Source: Acutalibacteraceae bacterium
GTDB taxonomy: Bacteria; Bacillota; Clostridia; Oscillospirales; Acutalibacteraceae
Direction of reading: 5' to 3'
NCBI GenBank assembly: GCA_045602905.1
Contig: JAZSCL010000047.1
Location: 17,519-81,518 of the forward strand
Length of the DNA: 64,000 bases
Shown here: positions 19,322 to 28,779 of the stretch, piece by piece
How positions within the stretch are numbered: position 1 is the first letter of the stretch
Layout of the letters: every line of letters begins with the position of its first letter
Program-made: the position numbers and the translations under genes
Notes under the pieces: model-generated
What the model was told of the DNA's origin: nothing
The model's input: the letters and a program-made list of their open reading frames with translations, nothing else
The model's database searches: none

Positions 19322-20627
19322 GTTTAAGTTGTATAAAAAGGGTATTTCTTTTATTATATCATTATTTATATTATTGCTTTCAGGCTGCAGCATGAAAGGG
19401 GATTTTGATTCCGGTATTAAAGCGGATGCAAACCAATTTGATTTCGGACAGGCTTCCGAAATTATTTCCGCCGCTTCGGGTCATGAATTCAACGAGGCAT
19501 TTCTGCAGTCTTTGGGTGAAGGTTTGGTGAAACAGATTCAGGCTGAAATTGTTAACGGCACATATACAGAAAAGACATGGCATGATGTAACGGGAAGCTC
19601 GTTCAATGTTATGAAAGATATGGTGGACAGAAATTTATCCGCCGACAACATCACCAATAAAGGCGATAACGGCGGACCTTCTTTCAGCGTTGCCTTTGTT
19701 GGCGATATTCTGCTTGATACCAACTTCGCACCTATGGTACATGCCAATAAAAAAGGCGGTGTGCTCAACTGTATTGATGACAGACTTGAAGAATATCTCA
19801 ACGCCTGTGATGTTTTTCTTATAAACAATGAGTTTTCCATCGGTGAAAGAGGGGAGCGGCTTCAGGGTAAAACATGGACATTTCAGGTTGCACCCGAAAG
19901 AATTCAGATTATGAAGGATTTGGGAGCAGACATAGTTTCGCTTGCAAACAACCATGTTTATGATTTCGGTGAAATCGGATTTCTTGATACTCTTGAGCAC
20001 CTCAAAAAAGCAGAATTACCTTATATAGGTGCAGGTAAGAATCTGTCCAAAGCATCGGAAGGGTACTATTTTATTATAAATGGATATAAAATAGGAATAG
20101 TAGCCGCAAGCAGAGCCGAAAAGAATTATTTTACTCCCGTTGCAGAGGAAAACAGACCCGGAATAATGGGAACGTATGACAGCACGGATTTTGTTGAGGC
20201 TATCAGAAAAGCCGATGCTCAGTGCGATTATCTTGTGGTTTATGTTCATTGGGGAACGGAGAATTCAACCAGGCTTGAAGAGGCTCAGACGACCATGGCA
20301 AGGGAGTATATAGATGCGGGTGCCGATGCGGTAATCGGTGGACATACCCACTGTCTGCAGGGTATGGAATTTTATAAAAACGCGCCTATTGTATATAGTG
20401 TTGGCAATTTCTGGTTCAACAGCAAAAGCCTTGATTCATGTGTTGTTACTCTTAACTTTGACAGAGAGCTGAATGTTCAGGTGCATTATACTCCGCTTGC
20501 GCAGAAAGGCTGCGAAACCTATCTGCTCAAAACGGCGGAGGAACGCAGAGCTTTGTTTGACAGAGTTGAGGGCTATGAGCCAAAGGGAGTAAGGATTTCG
20601 GATGGCGGAATTGTAACTCCGTCATAA
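19311..20627 (+). CDS. CapA/PgsA-family metallophosphatase lipoprotein
   Basis: Lipobox LLSGC; VGDI, LINNE, LANNHVYDFG, HWGTE, GGHTH, YSVGNF motifs. No capB or capC nearby. Confidence 0.85.
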   Translation: MESEFKLYKKGISFIISLFILLLSGCSMKGDFDSGIKADANQFDFGQASEIISAASGHEFNEAFLQSLGEGLVKQIQAEIVNGTYTEKTWHDVTGSSFNVMKDMVDRNLSADNITNKGDNGGPSFSVAFVGDILLDTNFAPMVHANKKGGVLNCIDDRLEEYLNACDVFLINNEFSIGERGERLQGKTWTFQVAPERIQIMKDLGADIVSLANNHVYDFGEIGFLDTLEHLKKAELPYIGAGKNLSKASEGYYFIINGYKIGIVAASRAEKNYFTPVAEENRPGIMGTYDSTDFVEAIRKADAQCDYLVVYVHWGTENSTRLEEAQTTMAREYIDAGADAVIGGHTHCLQGMEFYKNAPIVYSVGNFWFNSKSLDSCVVTLNFDRELNVQVHYTPLAQKGCETYLLKTAEERRALFDRVEGYEPKGVRISDGGIVTPS

Positions 20628-20930
20628 CCCCATCCAACCGTATTTTTTCATATCCACTCTGCCGTCATCGAGGAATTCAACACCCTCCTCTGACAGCAGA
20701 GTTCTTTGCATATTTTCCCCGCCGAAGGCAAAAGCCTTTGAAATTTCACCGTTTTTGGTAACAACACGGTGGCATGGAATTTTGCCCGGTTCGGGATTAA
20801 CATGGAGAGCGTAGCCCACAACTCTTGACCATCTCGGGTTGCCTGCGATTGCCGCAACAGTGCCGTAAGATGCCACTTTTCCTTTCGGTATTTTCTTGAC
20901 GACTTCATAAATTCTGTTAAACGTATTCAT
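20622..20930 (-). CDS. MGMT-family methylated-DNA-protein-cysteine methyltransferase (single domain)
   Basis: IPKGKVASYG, RVVGYAL, PCHRVV, L-x-EEGV motifs. AGGTGA RBS before ATG 20930. Confidence 0.88.
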   Translation of the reverse strand: MNTFNRIYEVVKKIPKGKVASYGTVAAIAGNPRWSRVVGYALHVNPEPGKIPCHRVVTKNGEISKAFAFGGENMQRTLLSEEGVEFLDDGRVDMKKYGWMGL

Positions 20931-21048
20931 ATAATCACCTGATGATATTTTAACACGGTTGAAGATATTTATCAATGCAGTCTGACAACATTCTCAACCA
21001 ACAATTAATGTAATAAATTACTATATATATCAAAAAGGAGCTGGAATA

Positions 21049-21693
21049 TTGAAATACACACACATTATATGGGATTGGAACGGAACGCTGCTGAATGACA
21101 TTTCATCCTCGCTTCAAAGCGTGAACGATATGCTTGCATTAAGGGGAAAAGACCCTATAGATATTGATTATTACAGGGAGTGCATAGGTGTACCGATTGT
21201 AAGATTCTACGAGAGGGTTTTCGACCTTGAAAATGATGATTACAGTCTCATTATCAAGCAATACAATGAGGGATATCTGCATCATCTTGAGCGATGCGGA
21301 TTAACCGAAGGAGCGGTTGAAGCAATAGAATATTTTGATAAAAAAGGCATTAAACAAGCGGTTGTTTCGTCCTCCAATAATGAACAGTTATTGCAAAATA
21401 TGACTAAGTATGGAGTGCGTGAAAAGTTTGATGCAGTGCTCGGTTCGGGTGATTTTTATGCCGGTTCGAAGATAGAAAGAGCAGTGGAATATCTGAAGAA
21501 AAACGGTGCTGAAAAGGGCAGTGTTCTGGTTGTCGGAGACCTTGAACACGATGCGGAAATGGCGGCTGAACTGGGTGCGGATTGCGTGCTTCTGACAAGC
21601 GGTCACGAGCATATTTCGAGGCTCAGAAAATCGGGCGCAAAACTGATTGATAATCTGCATGAATTAATTTGCATTGTTGAAGATGCACAATAG
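21049..21693 (+). CDS. HAD-family hydrolase (phosphoglycolate phosphatase-like)
   Basis: IIWDWNGTL, VVSSS, VVGDLEHD motifs. TTG start with AAGGAG RBS. Confidence 0.85.
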   Translation: MKYTHIIWDWNGTLLNDISSSLQSVNDMLALRGKDPIDIDYYRECIGVPIVRFYERVFDLENDDYSLIIKQYNEGYLHHLERCGLTEGAVEAIEYFDKKGIKQAVVSSSNNEQLLQNMTKYGVREKFDAVLGSGDFYAGSKIERAVEYLKKNGAEKGSVLVVGDLEHDAEMAAELGADCVLLTSGHEHISRLRKSGAKLIDNLHELICIVEDAQ

Positions 21694-21733
21694 CTCAAAA
21701 CACTGTTTGTGCAATGTGGACAGTTTTTGAACT

Positions 21734-21772
21734 TGTTAATAGTTTGTTCATAAATTGTTTACAGAATGTTTA
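21734..21772 (+). promoter_or_regulatory. Array of four TGTT(A/C/T)A hexamers at exact 11-bp spacing (OmpR/PhoB-type boxes)
   Basis: TGTTAA-N5-TGTTCA-N5-TGTTTA-N5-TGTTTA starting at 21734, 21745, 21756 and 21767. Confidence 0.55.
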
Positions 21773-21912
21773 ATTTGTTGTAGGGAGAACACAACATCTC
21801 CTTTATAAAGTAATTAACGTAAAGTAGGGCAAGGATTATATGCCCGATCAAAAGAAGCTCCTTGCAAGAGCTTCGGCGCAGAAATGCGTTCAACTTTTTT
21901 GGAGGTGCAAAT

Positions 21913-24900
21913 ATGAAAAAGGCAAAACGACTTTTAGCAGTTTTGTTGGCGGCGGTTATGATTTTCTCCGTTGCGGTTGTTCCCGGCTATGCTTACAACG
22001 CATCGTCAGATAACTACCAGGCGCCCGGCGAAACAAAAGGTAAGTACTGGTTCAGCTACGAACAGTCAGCCGGCTATGTGCTTGACCTTCTCGACAACCT
22101 GCTTGCAGGTGCCAACATCACCATGAACGTTGACGAACTCAACGAAATGGCAAACATTGGTGTTAACATCTTCACCAGTAACATCATGATCAACCTCGAT
22201 AAGTTCCTTGCTGAGGCAGATTCTTATGATGACAGCGGTCGAGAAGCTATCAACCTTCAGAGCATCGATAAAACCATCAAGACTCTTGACGGTGTTTTCC
22301 GTTGTCTTGAAAACGGCGGTCTTATCAAGATTGCCGATGCTCTTACCCTTCTCGGCGACCTTCTTGACGGCACAAACGGTCTTAACCGCGGCGGTCTTGA
22401 CCCCACAGTAAGACGTGAATTCAACACCGTATCCGACGTTGCAGTTCTCGAAATGATTGTTAACTGGCTTTGCAACCAGAAGAATCTTCTCAGAGCTGTT
22501 GTAGGCGGTACTTTCAACTGGGGTTCACTTCTTGAAGGTCTTATCGGTGACCTTATTACAGGCTTCCTTCCCGGTTCATCACTTTCAAACCTCGGTATCG
22601 GTCTCAAGAACCTCCTTTACGGTCTTCTTGTTAATGACACTCTTGAAACCATTCCCGAAGGTCAGACCATTGACGACGGTGTTCAGCAGCTTGTTGACTG
22701 GGCTCTCATCGAAGGTACAGGTACAGACGCAGCATCCGGTGCTGCATCACTCCTCGGCGAAAACCATCAGCCTCTTCTTCCCGCAATGGGCAAATTCCCC
22801 GGCGGCGCAAATCTCTATGCAACTCCCATCCAGGCTGACAGAGACGGCGACGGTGCTCTTGAAAACTACACAATGAGCTTCTATCAGCTCGTTAACAACG
22901 CACTCCAGGGTCTTCTTGACGGTCTTCTCGGCGATCTCCTTTTTGATCTCCTTCTCGACCTTGCAGGCGCAGAAATAACAGAACAGCATCCCAACGGTGA
23001 CCCCGCAGTTATGACCGACGTTATGTTCAACACCATTCTCGGTGCTGTTGAAGGTCTTATGGTTGCCAACGGTGCTCCCGAAATCACATACACAGAATTT
23101 GAAAACACATATCCCGTTCCCAAGATCCAGAAGCTTATTGACTGGTTCCTGATGCCCGGCGGCGGTCTTGAAACTCTTATCAAGATCGACTTCGACGGTA
23201 TCCACATTCAGGATGCTCTTATGTCACTTCTTAATGACGTTGGCCGTCTTGCAATCAACCTTCTTCCCGGTCTCGGCCTCTTTGCAGATTCAATGCATCT
23301 TGGCTACACAGCAGACCAGCTCAACGAAGCATATTATTTCCTTGAAGATAAAACATTGGTAACCGACCCTGAAACTGAGGGCGTTGTTGATGCTCTTTAT
23401 CTCACATACGAAACAGGCGAAGTTGTTTACCCTGCAGTTAAGTCAACAACAACAGACGGTGCAACAGTAATCGAAAGCTACAACTATTTTGCAAATGATC
23501 TTCCTGTTAACACAACAGACGTTGAATCTGCAAAATTCATGAACCCCGACTTCATCAGACCTTATTATGTAATCTCAACAGACAGCGTATTTGCTTGCAT
23601 CATTAAGATGGCTCTTAATGACTTTATTGACGGTTGCTACTTCCCCGAATGGACAACCGACATTCCTTCTGTTCTTGCATACGGTCTTGCAGCTCTCACT
23701 GTTCCCGTTCTTCCCGAAAATAACTACTATGCACGTCTTGATGCATATCACGAACTTCTTGAAGGCGGCGTTGCTCCCAGTGATGCAAACGGCGACGAAA
23801 TCGAACCCATGTATTACTATGTTGACAAGGTATACAAGGGCACACAGGTAAGAGTTCCCAGAGCAGCTCTTGATATTATCGCTTCCTACCTTGCATCAAC
23901 TCTTAACGCAGCTCTCCTTATCAAGGATACAAAGGACGAACTTGACACCGACACAACCTTAGAAAAGTTTGCAGGTCAGTTCCTTCTTTGGGGCTTCACA
24001 AACTACTTCCCTGCACTCACAGGTCGTATCGACCCCGTATCAGGTGATGACTTTATTGCTGACGCAACAGGCGAAACAAGAACCTGGACTGCAGCTGTTA
24101 ATACCTTCATCGATGCAGTTTACAGCGACTTCTCAACAAGAACAATCTCTTCAAACGCTAACTGGGATGCTATCTATGACCTCATCGACGCAACACTCTT
24201 CACTCTTCTTCCCGAGTCATGGCTTCCCGACCTTGACGGTTCATTCGAACTTATCAATGGCGTTCTTCTTGAAAACCTCATTGAGTTTGACCTTCAGGGT
24301 ATTCTCAGCGTTCTTTCAACAAACACTCAGAAGGATGCAAACGGCAACTACACCGGCGAACTTCATCAGCCTGTTATCACAGTTGTTCTCAGAATCATTG
24401 ACCGTGTTCTTGCTGCTGTATTCAATGATAAGGGCGTTCTTCTTCCCGCAAACAGAACTCAGGTTGTTGTAGCTAACAGAGTTACAGATATAACAACTCT
24501 TGATGCTCTTCTTTCAACCACCGACGCAAGCGGTAATCCCTCAGAATCATCAAGCCTTGCAATGTTCATTTACAACCTTCTTGTTTACCTTCAGGCTTAC
24601 GGCCTCAGAGGTGACAGAAACGGCGATGCATGTCTTCTTGCAGTTGCTCTTCCCCTTATCGCATCATCAGACTATAAGAGACCTGCTGACAGCGTTCTCA
24701 CAAGCCAGGGTATGCTCAGATATAAGGTTGAAGATCTTGAAGACTATATCTCAATGTTTACCGATAACGTAAACGCTGAACTTTATCTTTCAAATCTTAC
24801 CCAGGAAAGAGCAGAAATCCTCACTGACGGAACAGCAAAGGTTGTTCGTTCAACTGACGGTACTGTATATGAACTTCAGCTTTCCGACGGTACTGTTTAT

Positions 24901-27192
24901 CAGACATTTGATAACTATACAGCAGCAAATGATCTTCGCAAAACTCTCAACGATTGCTATATCGTTTCAGAGCTTGTAGATGAAGATACAGAAACCTACA
25001 CATATCATCTCTATAAAGAAAGAGATTTCCTTACTGCAACTGCTACCGCAAATGATACAACTGACGATGCAGGTGAAGTTACCCAATACAGCAACTTCAG
25101 ATTCGCAACAATGAGCAACAGAGCTCCCTTGGTTTCATATGACAGCGACTACAGATTCTTTGAATTCGAAGATTTCGGTAACGGCTATTCATATCAGAAC
25201 GCAGTAAAGGCTCTTGAGGACGGCGCTGCATTCGCAGATTCTTACAGATCATTCGCAGAAAACGATCTTCCCGCTGCATACAAGGAATGGATCATGTATC
25301 ACCTCGAAAGCAGACTTTACAATGCTGACCTCCTTGACATAAACGGCGACGGTAAGGCTATCCGTAACGAATCAGACTCCGACTATGTTCCCGCAACAAC
25401 TGATTCTAACGGCAATGTAGTAGTTGAAGCAACTCCCGTTGACGGTTATCCCAGCCAGCCCAATTCAATGCTTCCCTTGTCAATGCCCGGAACTACAACT
25501 GCATTCCAGTTCTATGATCCCGTTCTTGGTGCAGGTCCCAACCAGATGAAGACAACAGTTTACATGGGCGGCGACCATGTAGATGCTCTCACATCAGCAA
25601 ACTTCGAACAGCTTGCTCTTGCACATGCATATGCAGCTGATCCTGATAATGACGGAACATTCTCTGTTATTGAAACAGAAAAGGTAGTAAGAGTTGCTCT
25701 TAACTCCCTTGCATTTGATATCACAGCTGATGCTAACGGTGTGTTCCACGGTTCAAAGAACTGGAGCAACCTCACAGATGCTGAAAAGCAGACAATCACT
25801 GATTTCTGCGCAGGCTACGGCTTCACATTCACACTCGAAACTCTTGAAGACGGTACTGTAAATGGTACAATTAAGCACAAGGCATTCGCTGATATCTTCA
25901 GCAACATCGCACTTGTTGATAACGTATCTGTTGTTCCCGTTGACTATGCAACCCGTAAGGCTCTCGGTAACGTAAAAGAGAAGACTGAAGCACAGACTCT
26001 TCAGATTAAGATCTACAATATGTATGAGCAGTATGCAAAGTCTCTCTACACAAACAGAAGAAATCTTTACAATACAATGGACTACATTGGTTACAGATAT
26101 GAGCTTGCAGAAGCAGACAGAGCTCGTCGTCTTGAAACCACAATGCTCAACTGGATTCTTCAGCACACAAACCATGCATATGTTAACTCAACAACAAACA
26201 AGAGAAACCTCAAGCTCGGCACAGGTATCGATGCTTCAACAGATCTTCCCATCGAAGTTAAGGTTTACACCTCATCTTCATATGATAAGTTCAGAAGAGC
26301 ATATGACTACGGTCAGGCTCTCGTAAACGCAGCTTCTGCTGCAACTCTCGGCGTAGGCTTCACACAGGGTCAGGTTACAAAGGCATTCTATGCTATCCTT
26401 GAAGCTTATAACGAGCTTATCGAGTATCAGGGTGATGCTGATAAGACTCAGCTTATCTCCTTCATCGTTATTGCTGATTCAATCATCAATGATGATCTCA
26501 CCTATGATGCAACCTACGGCGTTGAAGAAGCAGGTCTTAATAACCTCATCAACATCCTCAACGAATCAAAGGCAATGAGAGATGATAAATCCTATGACGC
26601 AGAGCGTCAGGGTGAAGTAGACGTTATGGCTGCTACACTCAACCAGGCAATTGGTCTCCTTGTTTATAAGACAGCTCCCACAATTCTTCCCTCAGCAACA
26701 ACTACAACAGGTAACGGCAACTCAGTTTCAATTCTCGAAACATCCAACGTTAACAACCGTATCGTTGGTCAGGTATTCGGTCTTGAAGAAGGCGTTGGTG
26801 CTGTTCTTGACCTCGTTGAACTTGTTGGTATGACCCTTGACTCAAGCGTTGGTAACACAATTTCTATCACACCTTCAGGTCGTGGTTTGGGCACAGGTTC
26901 TTACTACAGCGGCCGTGTTAATAACTCTGAGAAGTTCAGATACTTCGCAGTTGTTTACGGCGACCTTAACGGTGACGCTCGTGTTGACGGTACTGACGCA
27001 TCCTACCTTGAATACTACATGGCTATCGAAAGCGCAAACAGCAGCGACATGGGCTCCGCAGTTTATGAAGCAGCTGACGCAAACCATGACGGTATGGTAG
27101 ACGCAGGCGACGTTTCAACAATCGTCAGCCACTACACATTCAGAGGCGAAATTGATCAGCTCAGCCACTCAACAAGTGAAGTTACCCTCTGA
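21913..27192 (+). CDS. Very large (1759 aa) secreted protein with C-terminal type I dockerin-like domain; possible surface-layer/envelope protein
   Basis: Signal peptide MKKAKRLLAVLLAAVMIFSVAVVPGYA. Twin Ca loops GDLNGDARVDGTD and ADANHDGMVDAGD at the C-terminus, preceded by FIVAR-like helices. GGAGGT RBS. Codon usage looks strongly biased. Confidence 0.8.
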   Translation: MKKAKRLLAVLLAAVMIFSVAVVPGYAYNASSDNYQAPGETKGKYWFSYEQSAGYVLDLLDNLLAGANITMNVDELNEMANIGVNIFTSNIMINLDKFLAEADSYDDSGREAINLQSIDKTIKTLDGVFRCLENGGLIKIADALTLLGDLLDGTNGLNRGGLDPTVRREFNTVSDVAVLEMIVNWLCNQKNLLRAVVGGTFNWGSLLEGLIGDLITGFLPGSSLSNLGIGLKNLLYGLLVNDTLETIPEGQTIDDGVQQLVDWALIEGTGTDAASGAASLLGENHQPLLPAMGKFPGGANLYATPIQADRDGDGALENYTMSFYQLVNNALQGLLDGLLGDLLFDLLLDLAGAEITEQHPNGDPAVMTDVMFNTILGAVEGLMVANGAPEITYTEFENTYPVPKIQKLIDWFLMPGGGLETLIKIDFDGIHIQDALMSLLNDVGRLAINLLPGLGLFADSMHLGYTADQLNEAYYFLEDKTLVTDPETEGVVDALYLTYETGEVVYPAVKSTTTDGATVIESYNYFANDLPVNTTDVESAKFMNPDFIRPYYVISTDSVFACIIKMALNDFIDGCYFPEWTTDIPSVLAYGLAALTVPVLPENNYYARLDAYHELLEGGVAPSDANGDEIEPMYYYVDKVYKGTQVRVPRAALDIIASYLASTLNAALLIKDTKDELDTDTTLEKFAGQFLLWGFTNYFPALTGRIDPVSGDDFIADATGETRTWTAAVNTFIDAVYSDFSTRTISSNANWDAIYDLIDATLFTLLPESWLPDLDGSFELINGVLLENLIEFDLQGILSVLSTNTQKDANGNYTGELHQPVITVVLRIIDRVLAAVFNDKGVLLPANRTQVVVANRVTDITTLDALLSTTDASGNPSESSSLAMFIYNLLVYLQAYGLRGDRNGDACLLAVALPLIASSDYKRPADSVLTSQGMLRYKVEDLEDYISMFTDNVNAELYLSNLTQERAEILTDGTAKVVRSTDGTVYELQLSDGTVYQTFDNYTAANDLRKTLNDCYIVSELVDEDTETYTYHLYKERDFLTATATANDTTDDAGEVTQYSNFRFATMSNRAPLVSYDSDYRFFEFEDFGNGYSYQNAVKALEDGAAFADSYRSFAENDLPAAYKEWIMYHLESRLYNADLLDINGDGKAIRNESDSDYVPATTDSNGNVVVEATPVDGYPSQPNSMLPLSMPGTTTAFQFYDPVLGAGPNQMKTTVYMGGDHVDALTSANFEQLALAHAYAADPDNDGTFSVIETEKVVRVALNSLAFDITADANGVFHGSKNWSNLTDAEKQTITDFCAGYGFTFTLETLEDGTVNGTIKHKAFADIFSNIALVDNVSVVPVDYATRKALGNVKEKTEAQTLQIKIYNMYEQYAKSLYTNRRNLYNTMDYIGYRYELAEADRARRLETTMLNWILQHTNHAYVNSTTNKRNLKLGTGIDASTDLPIEVKVYTSSSYDKFRRAYDYGQALVNAASAATLGVGFTQGQVTKAFYAILEAYNELIEYQGDADKTQLISFIVIADSIINDDLTYDATYGVEEAGLNNLINILNESKAMRDDKSYDAERQGEVDVMAATLNQAIGLLVYKTAPTILPSATTTTGNGNSVSILETSNVNNRIVGQVFGLEEGVGAVLDLVELVGMTLDSSVGNTISITPSGRGLGTGSYYSGRVNNSEKFRYFAVVYGDLNGDARVDGTDASYLEYYMAIESANSSDMGSAVYEAADANHDGMVDAGDVSTIVSHYTFRGEIDQLSHSTSEVTL

Positions 27193-27226
27193 TAAAAAGC
27201 ACAATCAGTTAATCTGATATAGAAAT

Positions 27227-27260
27227 GCCCCGGCTTTCCTCGGAAAGTCGGGGTTATTTA
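27227..27260 (+). terminator. Intrinsic terminator of the dockerin gene
   Basis: GCCCCGGCTTTCC-TC-GGAAAGTCGGGGT followed by TATTTA. Confidence 0.8.
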
Positions 27261-27421
27261 TAATTTATATAAATATGAAGGAAATGTTAACGAATCCTGC
27301 AAAATTTATTCACACAAATATACGCAAAAAATGTATAAAAATATTTCTGAATTAAAAAAATAACAACCGTAAAGTGAATAACTTTACGGTTATAATTCTA
27401 ATATGAAAAATAAAGACGTAG

Positions 27422-27451
27422 TTTTCCACTTTTTCCACTGAGTTTTCCACA
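27422..27451. repeat. Three TTTTCCAC(T/A) direct repeats, DnaA-box-like
   Basis: TTTTCCACT TTTTCCACT gag TTTTCCACA. The last copy fits TTWTNCACA. Confidence 0.55.
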
Positions 27452-27568
27452 CCTGAAAGTTAAAGAGCTTTACAACATTTTGCTGTAAAGCTCTTTACCA
27501 TTACTGTATAAATACATGAATATCGGAATGAATATTAATTACATATTATATATAATGCAGGATATATT

Positions 27569-28684
27569 TCACTTTATTTTTTTGCCTTTAATATATACAC
27601 CTTCAACCGTTGAAAAATCATCAGAAAGAATTATCAGATCTGCATTTTTCCCTTCTTCTATTGAGCCGGTAATTTTATCAACGCCAATTGCTTTTGCAGG
27701 GTTTATTGTTACAGATTTTATTGCCTGCTTAATGGGGATGCCAAATGAAATAAGGTTTCGGAATTCATCAAAAAGATTTGTGCTGCTGCCTGCCAGCGTG
27801 CCGTCAGGCAATCTTGCTGCACCGTCTTTTTTGATTACTTTCTGACCACCTAAAGTATAATCTCCGTCGTCAAGACCTGCTGCCATCATTGCATCGCTGA
27901 TAACTATTGTTCTGTCTTCTCCGAGAGCTTTGAAGGTTATTCTTAATGTTGCCGGGCAGATGTGTATTCCGTCACAGATAAGCTCTGCGTTAACATTCTC
28001 GCTGTCAATAACAGCACCAACCATTCCTGCTTCTCTTGATGTTAATCCGTTCATTGCGTTGTAGAGATGCGTAGCATGTGAAATGCCCCATTCAATTGCT
28101 TTTTTGCCCATTATATAATCGGCGGTTGTGTGTGCTGCGGAAACAGTGCAGATTTCTTTTGCCTTTTTTATAAATGATTCAGCGCCGTTTCTTTCGGGAG
28201 CGATATCAACAAGCTTAACGGGGCAGATGTTGTTCAATTCTTCTAACAAGGCGAAATCGGGTTCGAGGATGTGTTCTTCGGCTTGAGCACCCTTCTTTTC
28301 CGGTGCAATGAAAGGGCCTTCCATGTTTATGCCGTGTATGTAAGCACCTTCCTCTTTGCCCATTGCGTCGGAAATATATTCAAAGCTTTTTCTGATTTCA
28401 TCAACGGAAATTGTCATTGTGGTAGGGCAGAAGGATGTTATGCCGTTTTGTGCAAGCCAATTGCTCATTTTTAAAACAGAGTCACTCTTGCCGTCTGTTG
28501 CATCGGACATATTGCATCCGTGAATGTGAATATCTATAAAACCGGGAAGAACAATTTTACCGCTTAAATCTATTCCTTCTTTAGCTGTTTTGCCTGTTGA
28601 TTTGATAACTTCTCCTTCGATTTCAATATCCGTTACTTCAGGGATAAAATCTTTTCCGTAAACAAGTGCGTTTTTTAAAATCAT
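27569..28684 (-). CDS. nagA: N-acetylglucosamine-6-phosphate deacetylase
   Basis: PGFIDIHIHG, EGPF, HLYNAM, DGIH, LAGS, NPAKAIG motifs. Confidence 0.95.
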   Translation of the reverse strand: MILKNALVYGKDFIPEVTDIEIEGEVIKSTGKTAKEGIDLSGKIVLPGFIDIHIHGCNMSDATDGKSDSVLKMSNWLAQNGITSFCPTTMTISVDEIRKSFEYISDAMGKEEGAYIHGINMEGPFIAPEKKGAQAEEHILEPDFALLEELNNICPVKLVDIAPERNGAESFIKKAKEICTVSAAHTTADYIMGKKAIEWGISHATHLYNAMNGLTSREAGMVGAVIDSENVNAELICDGIHICPATLRITFKALGEDRTIVISDAMMAAGLDDGDYTLGGQKVIKKDGAARLPDGTLAGSSTNLFDEFRNLISFGIPIKQAIKSVTINPAKAIGVDKITGSIEEGKNADLIILSDDFSTVEGVYIKGKKIK

Positions 28685-28710
28685 ATTTTAACCTCCGGGT
28701 CTTTTTTTAT

Positions 28711-28739
28711 ATTTTATCATATACATATTGCGATGTCAA
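28711..28739 (-). promoter_or_regulatory. SigA promoter of nagA
   Basis: TTGACA-N17-TAAAAT with TG extension. Confidence 0.7.
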
Positions 28740-28745
28740 AAAAAT

Positions 28746-28771
28746 AAACCGCAGTTTAATACTGCGGTTTA
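28746..28771 (-). terminator. acpP terminator
   Basis: TAAACCGCAGT-TTAAT-ACTGCGGTTTA with a U-run on the minus strand. Confidence 0.8.
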
Positions 28772-28779
28772 AAGTTTGC

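Noticed and set aside
19311-20627. Poly-gamma-glutamate capsule locus
   Set aside because: Only a CapA-domain gene is present, with no capB or capC. Orphan CapA metallophosphatases are common.
20622-20627. Overlapping stop codons of the convergent capA-like and MGMT genes with no terminator
   Set aside because: A common compact arrangement, with no further evidence of antisense regulation.
21913-27192. Cellulosome component
   Set aside because: No recognisable GH, CBM or cohesin in the protein or the window. A dockerin alone does not imply a cellulosome.
27275-27355. 26-codon ORF in the dockerin-nagA spacer
   Set aside because: No RBS, it lies just after a terminator, and it has no coding-like composition.
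27536-27563. dif-like AT-rich near-palindrome (TAATTACATATTATATATAATGCAGGAT)
   Set aside because: It resembles dif only in the AT-rich core. The conserved ATAA/TTAT positions flanking the spacer and the outer XerD arm mismatch.
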